From contig OZ024746.1 of the NCBI GenBank assembly GCA_964016885.1, positions 33,852,001-33,916,000 of the forward strand: 64,000 bases of DNA, given 5' to 3'. A program made the position numbers and the translations under genes. Origin of the DNA: Eledone cirrhosa. Its lineage: Eukaryota. The notes below the pieces were generated by a model. The model did not search any database and was not told the origin of the DNA. It saw only the letters and a list, made by a program, of their open reading frames with translations. Position 1 is the first letter of the stretch. Every line of letters begins with the position of its first letter. This document shows positions 26,933-42,779 of this stretch, in pieces.

Positions 26933-27425
26933 CATGTGACATGCACGCCATATGGACATCTCAACTTACCAACAAGCTAAAACTGGAAATATTCCAAGCA
27001 ACCATTAAGCCCATATTACTTTATGGATCCGAAACTTGGACACTAATATCACAACTTGAGAGGAGATTGGATGGCACATATAACCGCCTCTTAATGAGAG
27101 TGCAAAACCTATACCGGAAACGACATCCCACCTTGTCTCAAATCTATGGCACACTCCCTCGAGCCTCTGCTCTTCTAAAATCACGGAGAGCTCAATTTGC
27201 TGGCCACTGTCACCGTGCCAGCAATGAAATCATATCCGCTCTCTTGCTCTGAAATCCTGACTCCAGCCTGACTAGGAGTAGGAAGCTGTCATTCCCTGAC
27301 GTTATCTCTAGGGATACCGGAATCAGTAGACACGACCTGGGGGCAGCGATGGGGGACAGGGAATTCTGGGGAATGAGAGTGAGATCCATCATCTCGACAG
27401 TAGTCGACGAATGATGATGATGATG
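26933..27425 (+). mobile_element. 5'-truncated RTE-clade LINE nested in the Penelope element
   Basis: PILLYGSETWTL and FAGHCHR. (GAT)n tail. 9-bp TSD ATATCTGGA at 26924-26932 and 27426-27434. Confidence 0.93.
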
Positions 27426-27845
27426 ATATCTGGAGTCTAAAAGACAACCACACCCAATATAAGTTACACTGGGAGATCCTAGCTAGGGCTAGATCGTATC
27501 ACGGAAATAAAAGACCATGTGACCTCTGAGCCGCTGAGGCCCTGGAAATACTCTACGCCACAGACCACATCTTAAACAAAAAAATCTGAGGCAATTTCGG
27601 CCTGTAAACATAAATTGCACAAAACTTTCCTGTATTACAGCTCCACGTTATACCCTAACGGATAGTACGACCTATACGTGGATATTTTATGTCTTGATGT
27701 GGGAGCGCTAAGTATATGTTTTGTTTATACCATTACTTATTTGCATAGCGAACGTTTCCACGAACCAAAGTATAGTCTTCCTGTCTTCCTCCGGTTGTAA
27801 CGTTTTTTGAAATATCCCCTTCTGCGTTTACAGATTGACTTTGTT

Positions 27846-27896
27846 AGTTTCAGAAGATCCCGTTAAGGGTGAAAGCAGCGATTCTTGGCTTAAACT
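27846..27896 (+). ncRNA. Type I hammerhead-like ribozyme with variant core CAGAAGA
   Basis: AGTTT-CAGAAGA-T-CCC(GTTAA)GGG-T-GAAA-GC...GC-TT-AAACT. Confidence 0.65.
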
Positions 27897-28003
27897 TTAA
27901 TCTGTTATTTTAATAAATATTTGCCCTATGGTTCTTAAATATTTGATATATATTTATCCTTATCGAGCCCTCTTTGGATTTTAGTCTTCAAATTTATTAT
28001 TAT

Positions 28004-28053
<50 letters not shown>

Positions 28054-28096
28054 GCAGACTGGTATATATGTAAATGTATGTATGTATGGAATATAC

Positions 28097-28150
<54 letters not shown>

Positions 28151-28567
28151 GTATATTCCATACATACATACATACATTTACATATATGCCAGTCTGCGTT
28201 GCTCCATGAAATATTTCGCAGACATAGACATCCAAGAGAACATACAACTTAATTTAGCGTTTTTTTCTTTACGGCCTATTTTGCTTGTTGATTGTTTAAA
28301 TGTTTAACTATTGATTCCAACTACAAACGCTCTGTAATCACGGTCAACGTTTATTACATAACAAAGATCCTGTATGTATATATATATATACTGATTGACC
28401 TCGATGTCACGTGATTGATTCTTTTGAACTCGCCACCGACTAAGTAGGCATTGATTTTTTCAATGTCCTGGAATTTAGTCCTCGCTTGCTTTTTTCTATC
28501 CACTGCATTATTTTTGTATATGTTCCCTGAGTCCACGCATTGCCTGGGAACTTAGCTGAGAACAGAT

Positions 28568-28651
28568 CTCCCTGATGACGAAAGGATATTTCTCCATGTT
28601 GTTCCAATCGGAAACCATGTTTATTCCCTTTCAGAAACTAATTAGTTGGAA
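28568..28651 (+). ncRNA. Type I hammerhead ribozyme, repeat copy 1
   Basis: CTCC-CTGATGA-C-GAAAGG...CCTTTC-A-GAAA-CTAATTAG-TT-GGAA. Confidence 0.7.
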
Positions 28652-29104
28652 TGAAATTTTAGTAAGCAAGTAAATTTTCATAATTTTCTTATTTTACGTC
28701 TTTCATATAATTGTTCTGCATCCCCTTGCATTGAATCACAAAAAGTTACTAAGACAAAACCTATATATTTGCTAGCATAGGTATGCATTTGTATATATAT
28801 GTTGGTAGATATACTAATTCTTTATAATTATCTCCAAATTATTTTGTTGAGCAAAAATTTGTCAAAACTACTGCTATGGTTCATAGTAATAGCCGGGCTA
28901 CTGTCTTATTAGCACCCCCACTCCTCACTGATTGACCTCGATGTCACGTGATTGATTCTTTTGAATTCGCCACCGACTAAGTAGGCAGTGATTTTTTCAA
29001 TGTCCTGGAATTTAGTCGTCACTTGCTTTTTTCCAACCACTTAATTTGTTTTGTATAAGTTCCCTGAGTCCACGCATTGCCTGGGAACTTAGCTGAGAAC
29101 AGAT

Positions 29105-29188
29105 CTCCCTGATGACGAAAGGATATTTCTCCATGTTGTTCCAATCGGAAACCATGTTTATTCCCTTTCAGAAACTAATTAGTTGGAG
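29105..29188 (+). ncRNA. Type I hammerhead ribozyme, repeat copy 2
   Basis: Same fold with perfect stem I CTCC/GGAG and palindromic stem III CTAATTAG. Confidence 0.75.
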
Positions 29189-29288
29189 TGAAATTTATTA
29201 AGTAAGTACATTTTTATAATTTTCTTATTTTACGTCTTTCATATATTTATATATATATATACACTCACACATATAAATATACTGAAAT

Positions 29289-29455
<167 letters not shown>

Positions 29456-29484
29456 ATGCCAGCGTTGCCCATATTAAAGAAAAT

Positions 29485-29665
29485 AATTGTTTCTACTTTT
29501 GGCACAAAGCCAGCAATTATCCAAATGTATTACTGGTCCTTTATTTTATCGACCCTGTAAGGATGAAAGGGAAAGCTAACCTCGGTGGTGTTTGAACTGA
29601 GACCATAAAGGGCCGTAATTCATTGCTGCAAAGCATGGCGTCAGACCCTCTACCGATACTACTAG
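29485..29665 (-). mobile_element. Octopod-type SINE
   Basis: Reverse complement resembles 63335-63505 (gttcaaa..ccgagg..ctttcatcctt..ggtcgataaaata). Confidence 0.8.
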
Positions 29666-30250
29666 TCCACCGACTTAGAGAAATGAATGAAATTTCATTC
29701 AAAAATATTCTTAGAGTATATTTGAAACTCCTAATAAACATGTTTCTTGTACGAAACATACCGTATAGTTGCAATATGATTTGAAGCTGTATTTATTTGT
29801 TCAATATTATATTATGTCTTTGCTTGAGTTTTCATAGTGCCGGCTATGATGCTGAACGCGTGCCATTCACGTTCGTTGCTTTCCTTATATATGTTACTTG
29901 ATCTCCACGTTCATGATTTGTTAACTTAATTGTTTAGTTCCATACTTGGCTCTCAATTCCCTATACAATTTCACGTGTGTTAACCTCTCAAATTCACATG
30001 TCTTCATTCTCTCTATCTACTGACACATTCCGTCGAAGTACAGACGATAACTCACGAAATCACCATGACGGACGACTGCCAAATACGCAAACATACATAT
30101 TAAGAAAATAATATAGATAAAAGTGTGAGGAAAATATTTTTGGGTCTTTGGGATTCACATGCTGAATTTGGACATGATTGGTCAACTGGTTCTTAAGTTT
30201 ATAGGGGACATATAAACAAAATAAACAACTATTATATACATATATATATG

Positions 30251-30332
<82 letters not shown>

Positions 30333-30783
30333 ATATAGAAATGGCTTCTATAGGACGAAAACTCTTTCATTCGAACGAAAACATCATATATATGTAAGTA
30401 TAAAACAAAATCAGAAGACCGTTCTGGGACCTTTATCCTTTTAATTCTGTGATAACAGTATACATACTTCAATGGTCCAGCTACATCATTCGACTATGAT
30501 ACAAGACTCAGGCGATTTCCTCAGGTGTTAATTGCAGAATAAATTATATACTTTAACAGGATTTGGGCGAACGCAATCAGAGAATAGGAAATAGAGGACC
30601 AATATTGATTTAGAAATTGCTCACCGATTCCGTGTCATGGTAATTGCCATTCATCGCGGCATTAGAATGGTAAAGTCTCCAGTCAGGCCTTAATATTTCA
30701 ATCAGTTTCGGCACCAATAACCAGATACCACATCTACAAGTATGATCGACATGACGACACCCGAGATATATATACATATATAT

Positions 30784-30930
<147 letters not shown>

Positions 30931-31135
30931 CGTAGGTCCCGGGTTGAGTCGGGGATAACCACAGTAAGTAAGGTATTCAATACATGGCAGAGTAAAATAT
31001 TTTTATTTTATAGAAGGAGCTTCTACAAGACTAGTACTGTTTCATTCAGATGAAATCTTCAGGAAGCTTCCTGAAGATTTCAACTGAATGAAACAGTACT
31101 AGTCCTGTAGAAGCTCCTTCTATGAAATAAAATAA

Positions 31136-31140
<5 letters not shown>
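30931..31140 (-). mobile_element. Miniature Penelope-like fold-back: ~132-bp palindrome (31001-31132) plus ~70-bp tail, in (AT)n
   Basis: Centre aggaag|cttcct at 31066/31067, about 3 mismatches. Confidence 0.8.
31065..31115 (+). ncRNA. Type I hammerhead ribozyme (mirror copy on - strand at 31018-31068)
   Basis: AGCTTC-CTGAAGA-T-TTCA(AC)TGAA-T-GAAA-CAG(TACTAGTC)CTG-TA-GAAGCT, GUA triplet. Confidence 0.8.
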
Positions 31141-34154
<3,014 letters not shown>

Positions 34155-34225
34155 TATATAACTGTGTTTGTGTATATGTTCCGTGTATAAGCATAAATAA
34201 ATAGTATAATATTTCTTTTGTATAT

Positions 34226-34270
<45 letters not shown>

Positions 34271-34659
34271 CTTTATTCTTTCCTTCTCTTATTTACACAA
34301 CAATCTGTAGAAAAACATTGTTATTTCGGCCACATCAACAATCATCATAGTTTATTGTATTTGGTTGTGCGTTGCCATGTATAATCCATTTATTAATAAC
34401 TCGAAGCCATACTGAAACTTTTCGTCTGGCAAGATATTAACAATATCTCGATGAAGTTTATATTGTAAATATGTGTAAAGGTCATATATATATATTTAAA
34501 ACCCTTAATTTGCAGTACAAAGTAGAGTTAACACTAAGCATGTTCTCTTCCACCAATCTCGTTGCGTGAAATAACAGCCAAATATCTATTTAGTCAACTT
34601 CACACAGTCGTTTAATGAGGGAGATATGTTGTCCCCAGTATTTTGTTCAGGTAGGTTCA

Positions 34660-34800
34660 AGCTTCTGCCAGCTACTGGTATCGTGGAACCGAGTACAACC
34701 TGCTTGTAGGTTGATTGGTCGGTCACTAAACCGGAGTCTCCACGAGACATTTGTGTCGTGAGGAGGTTAAGTGGAAACGCAGCCAAAGCTGTTAAAATGG
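34660..34800 (+). mobile_element. Fragment resembling the 5' part of the RTE-derived element at 59187
   Basis: gctactggta..agtacaacctg..ctaaac.gg..gtgaggagg shared with 59190-59290. Confidence 0.5.
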
Positions 34801-36315
34801 TGGGAGAACTCATCAGATTCAATTATCATTCACCCCGACTATAAGTGAAATAACCTCATCAACATTCAATTGGGCAAGTGTGGTGAGTACGGCTACACCA
34901 TTGAAGTCACGACTAATACCAAATGCTGTGGAAGTCAATTAGGCAAGGTTTCCTACAATATGAGACAGATTGCACTGGATTGGGTTGGCTTGAACCAGTT
35001 TAAATATTTGTACGAAATTAAGAGGAATGATCATTGTCAAAGCGACTTTGGTATTCGGTATAATGTATCCAGGATGATCTTATGCTAAATAACAACCATT
35101 TCTGTATTCGTCGATCGAAAAACTCGATGGCTAAGTTACGAGAAATATCATCACATACGAATTCAGGATTGATATATAAGAAAGGCGCAGGATGCAATAC
35201 AAATATTGTAACAACATTTGGTCATATAACATTCATAATATTTCCAATTAGAAAAAAACGTTCAGACAAGACATCTGTCATGGTTTTGATTTCAAACTCA
35301 TTACAATATTTGAATCAGATGACGAAATATATTTGCTTCATATAGACATATATAAACTAGGTATTTTAATTGATATCACATTTGTAGGAAATCATTCGAC
35401 ACATTAGAATGGAAATATTCGTTTAAAAGAACCCGAATATTTAATTGTTCTTTACTATTTCTGCCATGGGAAGAATGTAATGAAATATCATCGCGAGGAG
35501 ATTTGAACGTAAATCTTCCTAAATCTAAACTACAGATATATTGGTCCACGACACAATAGATTCACCTCATCTCCGCTATTACTAAGAATTTGCATAAATT
35601 TAATTCTTTATTGATGACAGAATAATAAGACGATAATATTCGGCGCATGAATTAATGATTAATAATCTTAATTCAAGAAAGCAGTATCAGTAGTAGTAGG
35701 ACACAGACCTGAACAATGGCGGTTGCTCTTTCTCACCGAATAATTGGGTAATTCTCATTTAGATTTATTATTATATTTTTGATTTTCTTTTCTTCGTGTG
35801 TTAGTGTGTATCGTGAGAAGCATCATGGGCGTAAAAAATATGAAATATAATGGGGCATTTGATAAAGGAGAAAACAGAAAAATATCAGCATAAAAATAAC
35901 ACTGAATAACACCAAGAGGGAAAAATTTGCATAGATTCAAACGACACACTTGTCAAACTTCAGAAACAATCTTGTTATTGTCTTCACTGCAAACACTGCT
36001 CTAAAGACAATAGACAGAGCCCAGACGAAAACATGCACAAAAAAAAGAACATGAAAGAGTTATAAAGAAAGAATACCAAAGAAGACTTCAGAAAAAAAAA
36101 TCACCAACAAAGTAGCCCATAATTAACTTTGGAAAACAAATAACGATGGTTCAATGCACAAGGAAAGTAAACCACCCCCTCCAAAAACACACAGACACAC
36201 ATTCACCCACACACCATACATAACAAAAACACGCACACATACACACACAAACAAACAGACACACGCACGGACACACACACACACACATATATATATACAT
36301 ATATACATATATATA

Positions 36316-36638
<323 letters not shown>

Positions 36639-36782
36639 TGTTAATACAATGAAATAAAAAAAATCAAGTCATTAGAAATAAACTTCACTGCTTTACGATC
36701 GTACAACATTTATGGATTACATATGGATTACATTGAGTTCTTCATGCAGACTAGGCCCCACAGCCTACCGTGGATATCTCTG

Positions 36783-36823
<41 letters not shown>

Positions 36824-39800
36824 AAGAGAGAGAAAAAATATCCGTGCGTGTATTTTTGTGTGATTAACTACGGTGAATCATCTGTTCACTGTATATATAT
36901 GTATATATATATATATATTTAGAGACAGAGGAAAATAGAAAGAGAGAGACGGAGAGAGAGGGAGAGCGAGAGAGAGAGAGAGGGGGGGGGAGATTATATA
37001 CTTATGTAGAACCAGAGATGACAAATACTTGGGGAGTGAGAGAAAGATGGATGGATGTTTGGGAGTATATCTATTGCAATGGTTTAGTAAGGTGAAATGA
37101 TCAGATTCCGAGAGGTATTTTAAAAACCACATCGATTAGTGGGTGAAGTCAAAGAGACTATTTCCAGAATAGAGGCTCGGATGCGTTCAAAAGTTGTATC
37201 TTTATTCACATCATCCGTTTGCCACTGACTGGTACCGATCTGGGCAATACCTGTCTCCGAATTATTCTTTTTGTTAATCTCAAATTTCGAATATTTAAGC
37301 AATACAAACATCAACTTGCTCACCTGGCGTCAAAGAACCTTTGCACCGCCGTCCATTCCGCAGGAGATGGGGCATTTAACAATAGAGATTCACATATTTC
37401 AGACGCAGGTGAGTTTTTCTATTGCTACTGTAGTGTGCGTGTGTATACAGATTGAACGGGGTATGACATTATTTAGGTTTCGATGTGGCAACTCTATAAT
37501 TCTGTAGGTAACCTTTATCCATACAAAATCCAGCGGCAATTTTGGTAAATCGATGATAGAACTACGCCTGTCTGCCCAGCAGAGAGAAGATTCTAAGCGG
37601 CACTGTGATAGGTTTGTTGTCGTACTCTTGTTAGTTTAAACAGTTGCTGTATGGAGCACCCGAAACTCGTCCAACGGAAGGTATATAGACAAGTAGAAAA
37701 ATATATCAATTTTTTCGGACTGCATATTTAGTCTATTTTCAAGTGAGATCGCTGTTAGTTCGAAGTCTTCTTTGACCAGTCAGTTACCAGTTTGTCTGGA
37801 GTAAAATATAACATGAGTTTGAATTGATGGATGCATGATTTCACAGCCTTAGCATCACTCCTTCATAATCAGCCAAATGTACCTGCCAGCTCATTGTTGG
37901 TTTCTTGTGTCCGTGTGGGGTTAGGTATTCGTGTGTGTCTGTGAGCGGAAACGCTGGAATGATTTTCGTCCTCCACTTCACACCTTTCCCAATGCTGTCA
38001 AATATACTCTCCTTTCCCCGAGCTATACAATGCTTTGTGATCTGTCTCTCCTATTTCTTTAATTTTCATTCAACATTTTACACTTAATATTACTTCCATT
38101 ATCTATCAAGAAAATTTATATATGGTATATTTTAATCTACTTGGAAAAGAACTCAAATAAAATAATTCTACGAGATATATTTCTCCACTGCCTAACCGAC
38201 AGGCTTTCTAGTTGCTAGTTGTCTATATCAGATATCCAGTAGTTAATAATTATGTTATATATTACCAGATACGTGTGTGCGTGCATGTGCTTCTATATCA
38301 TCATATGATGATAAAGTACACACATATGCTTTACTTTGATATCTTAAATGAGAATATGCAAAGGATAATGCTTATTATTTATTCATTCAGTTATATTCTC
38401 TATGGATTCCTTAACTAAAGCATAGACTTCATTCCAATGTAATGTAAACACGTTTATTCATCCAAATTAATCTTGTCGCATTCACCGTTGATATTCCAAT
38501 ATACACAATAGTACATCGATCGACAAGATCCGAACTCATTTCCATACTGAGTGGAGTGGAATGTTACTCATTAAATCGGACTTCGGAATCAATGTTTCCA
38601 TTACTTTTTCCATAGCTAATACTATCTACTGGTCGAAACTACTGGCAGGATATATAGATAAGAGTACTTTCAAATATTACTTAATGCATTACCACATCAT
38701 CCTGAATAAAGCGGTGTGTTGACAGAGTTGTTAGGACGTCGAATAGAATGATTTGTTGCACTTTTCTGGCTTTTTGCTCTTTGAGTTCAAATCCTACATT
38801 TCTTCCATTCGAAAAAAAATGTACGAGTTCAGTACTAGTGTTGATTCCTCTTGTATAACTCTTTCTCTCAAATCCTCTCCTTCTAACTGGCTTCATCAAG
38901 GTTTTAAAATGTCCAAGAATCACTCTATCTCAATTATACACATTCTTCTTGCTAGATTAAATGGAATATTTATCTTTATGTGTTTCATATGGCTTGAGCT
39001 ATATAGTAAGTATTGTTTAGTATCTGTTGATTTATGGTGAATGTCAGTTTCAATATTTGTGTCTTTTCTATGATAAGAATGCCTAAGAAAGGAAGTTGGT
39101 TTAGACTATATTCCATTATTTATTTGTAACATTGGAATAAAACAAAAGATTTTGAAGAATGAACTTTAGTCCCTCAGTGGTGAAACACATTTCTATTCTT
39201 TCCGGGATTGGATTAGGGAATTATTCGAGCCAGAATACTATTGCATCTAGTCCTTATTGGCGTGAGATCATAATATAGACTTTTACTACAACAAAAGATA
39301 AAATAATAAAAAAGAATATTTTCTCTCATGATGTGTTTAGGCAAGTGGTTGAACGACGTTGATGTGGCGCCGAATATATAGAAACACTTTAATATTTGGC
39401 GAAACGTAAATAAAATAATATATTTTACATTTAAATGTTGTACGACAATTAATCTGCATATATTTTTACATATTCCAAAGCATATACATGTCTAATATTG
39501 ATAATTGCCATGCTTCTTTAGGATGCCTCGCTGTTTGGGATGGGAGAATGAATTTTTAATATTAACTACTTTATGTATTTCTTTATTTTTGTTATGTATC
39601 GCGTGAGTCTACCCGGTATGGAAACAATAAAGCAGGAGGATTTCTAATCAAAATATGTTTTAATAAGTGAGCGCTTCTGGCAAAGACTATTTCTTGCTAT
39701 CTAATATCATTATATATTGAATAGGTTGCTGCTAGTACCAATATCTAAGCAACAGAAAGAGGGACTCAGATTAACACCATCAACCACATGAGGTTGTCCT

Positions 39801-40243
39801 TGTAACATGATGTTTGACGTACAAAATGGAAATACACTTAAAATCAGTTTGCTTTAAATAAAAGGAGATAACTGATGGGCTGATTGGAATACGCGCTTAT
39901 AAGACATGTACCTGCTTACTGTCATAACATTTATTTAAATCACAGAAGCAGTTTTAGATCACAGAAGCCATTACATGTCGCCTCTACGGAATTATGGTGC
40001 ACTCACTTTCAGTTGAACATATAGAGGTAGAACACACATTAGTTGAAGTAGATTGTGAGACTCTGTACAAACAGGTTGGCAGTGAAAATTGATGTGTACT
40101 ATTACAATAAAATCTGTATTTCTGCACATTGTCCATTTTGGGGTGTGACTCCGTATTTCATTAATGCGGCAACTCTACACATCTCCATGCATCCAAACCA
40201 ATATAATTTGTGGTATTCCCGGCCGTCGTAGGAAAATTATTCA

Positions 40244-40297
<54 letters not shown>

Positions 40298-40336
40298 TTT
40301 GTATGCATATATATATATATATATATCCATAAGCCT

Positions 40337-40722
40337 GTAAGATCTTCATCAAGAAACTGACTCAGATGGTGGATGGGTGCTACACAAGAATGCTGATGAT
40401 GGCTCTGAAAATTAATCAGTATACACTGAGGATGAAAAACTCAGCTGTATGGGAGCATCCCAAAAGTCAGCTCAAAAGTGACACAGAGGAGACTGAGATT
40501 AGCTGGGCATGCTCACCGACATCCAGAGTTGACATTGCACTCAGTGCTCCTTTGCGAGCCCCTACATGGACATACAAGAAGCGGAAGACCAAGGTTAACG
40601 CATGTTGATGCCCTAAGGACAGACACTGGTCTGTTGGAGACGCAGGACATGGCAGCGATAATGAGGGACAGAGATCGCTGGAGAGAACTCGTCCATGGAT
40701 CTCGGGAATTTTACCCGCCTTA

Positions 40723-40723
<1 letters not shown>
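40337..40723 (+). mobile_element. 3' fragment of an RTE-clade LINE in (AT)n
   Basis: DGCYTRMLMMALKI and [28 protein letters not shown]. Confidence 0.85.
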
Positions 40724-40756
<33 letters not shown>

Positions 40757-40792
40757 TCTGTATGCATATATATATATATAACTATATATATA

Positions 40793-40844
<52 letters not shown>

Positions 40845-41908
40845 TTTGTATGCATATATATATATAAATATATATATATACTATATATACACACATATAT
40901 ACATATATACATATATATATTATATATATATATACATATATATCCATATGTACATATATTAATTCAACATATGACATTCAATTTATTGACATAAAACATC
41001 ATTTGTCATTCTATTTAAGTGGTTTTATATTTCCTTGATGTCACGTGTTATTGTTTACTTTTCAAAGCGTCTTTCTTATCTGACTTATATAAATATTTCT
41101 GTAAAACATTTTTACCTCTGAAAATGTGTGTGACAACACAGGCATGGCTGTATCACTGAATTCTAAATAAAAATAAATATATGACCCACATTTATCATAT
41201 ATTGAGTAAGTTATTGAATTGTTGCTTTATGCAATTTCTGAATAAGTTGGACATAAATGTTTACATCGTCACCAGCAAATGTAATGCGAAACCTATAAAC
41301 GCGTTATCTTATTTGTGGTGTTTTATATAATATTCAGATAATACCATACACATATGGCATATATTTTGAATAATACACATGAGTATATATATATATATAT
41401 ACTTAAAGGTTATATTCACTACATTATGTGTTGTCATTGTTCCTACATATCTACGAGTTTCCTTCGTTGATGTTTATGTTTTTTACATCCAATTAAAAGA
41501 CTACATTCCGTTAATTTCTTTTACCACATAACACACCTACAGGAAAATAAAAAGAAATGTGAAAAATATTCCCACTGTGTCATGCTATTGTCAGTATTTG
41601 ATATTAGTTAAAATTTACTGGGAGATTGTTATAGCATCAAAGAAAATAGCATGTCGAGCAGCACATTTTCTGGGTTCTAAATGTATGACGACACCTTGAG
41701 GAACATAATAGTATCTAGAAAATTTGTGTGATGTTTTACTGAATCTTCAGATTCAAATAGAGGAATCCATATATAACCACGCACACTAACTGCTACATGA
41801 ATAAACGCACATACACACACACACACATCCACACACACATACACGTAAATATATATGTGTATTTATATATATATATATAAATATCTCTCTCTATATATAT
41901 ATATGTAT

Positions 41909-41997
<89 letters not shown>

Positions 41998-42004
<7 letters not shown>

Positions 42005-42455
42005 GAAATAACAGGAGGCTGGACTGGTGTAAATCCTTGAAAGGTTTATTATACTATGATCATTTCAATGACCGGGTTCCATATGAATCCGGTGATATCA
42101 TCAGGTATTGGAATATAACAAAGGAATATATAAAAAGCCATGGGTCCGAAAAACCATGGTTTTTCGGACCCATGGCTTTTTACATATTCCTTTGTTATAT
42201 TCCAATACCTGATGATATCACCGGATTCATATGGAACCCGGTCATTGAAATGATCATAGTATAATAAACCTTTCAAGGATTTACACCAGTCCAGCCTCCT
42301 GTTATTTCATTTATAATTAACTCCGTATTCACACCACCAACTACACAAACGAAGATGGATGAACTGCACTGCGTTGAGTACTCTTCACAATATTACACCA
42401 GGATTGACCATACGGAATGACCAGTTCTATCCAGTAGTGAACCAACAAACCTTAA
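41998..42455 (+). mobile_element. 318-bp near-perfect palindrome (41998-42315) plus ~140-bp tail, Penelope-like fold-back in (AT)n
   Basis: Centre cca|tgg at 42156/42157. One mismatch (42130 vs 42183). Confidence 0.85.
42205..42262 (+). ncRNA. Type I hammerhead ribozyme (mirror copy on - strand at 42051-42108)
   Basis: ATAC-CTGATGA-TATCACCGG...CCGGTCATT-GAAA-TGATCA-TA-GTAT, palindromic stem III, AUA triplet. Confidence 0.7.
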
Positions 42456-42456
42456 G

Positions 42457-42492
<36 letters not shown>

Positions 42493-42510
42493 ATTAGTAT
42501 ATGTATATAT

Positions 42511-42762
42511 CACGTGGCTTAGTGGTAAGGTTGTTGGACTTACTATCATATTGTCGTGAGTTCGATTCCTGGGTTGCATGTTGTGTCCTGGAACGAAACA
42601 CGCTGGTCCATGATACTAAGTTGAAAATGAGTATCAATAACTGGGTGTCTTACCCTGGTGCCCTGTCCAGAGGGAGTCTTGTACTGTCACTCGCTTCACG
42701 TCACAAGACCGGGATAAGCACCTACCAAATGAAACTTCTGGCTGAAGACAGACTTTAGACTT
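42511..42762 (+). mobile_element. tRNA-derived SINE (diverged copy)
   Basis: A box tggcttagtgg, B box gagttcgattc and tail gactttagactt. Homologous to 53155-53446. Confidence 0.8.
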
Positions 42763-42779
42763 AATATATATATATATAT

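Larger units (their letters stand above)
26031..27998 (+). mobile_element. 5'-truncated Penelope-like element (Naiad-like family A) with ~40-bp inverted terminus, pLTR and tail, in (AT)n
   Basis: DDGL, VNYLDVTFNL, YRKPND, SNHP, NCRNRVDCPLSGKC, GIY-YIG VYKC..YIGLT..FKQR and WEIL. 26031-26070 is the reverse complement of ~27880-27920. Confidence 0.9.
28390..29245 (+). repeat. Two ~320-bp direct repeats (28390-28709, 28927-29245; period 537 bp), pLTR/retrozyme-like
   Basis: Both begin actgattgacctcgatgtcacgtgattg and end tacgtctttcatata. Confidence 0.92.

Noticed and set aside
42037-42276. Nearly identical 75-aa ORFs on both strands
   Set aside because: Automatic consequence of the palindrome, and they start with TTG
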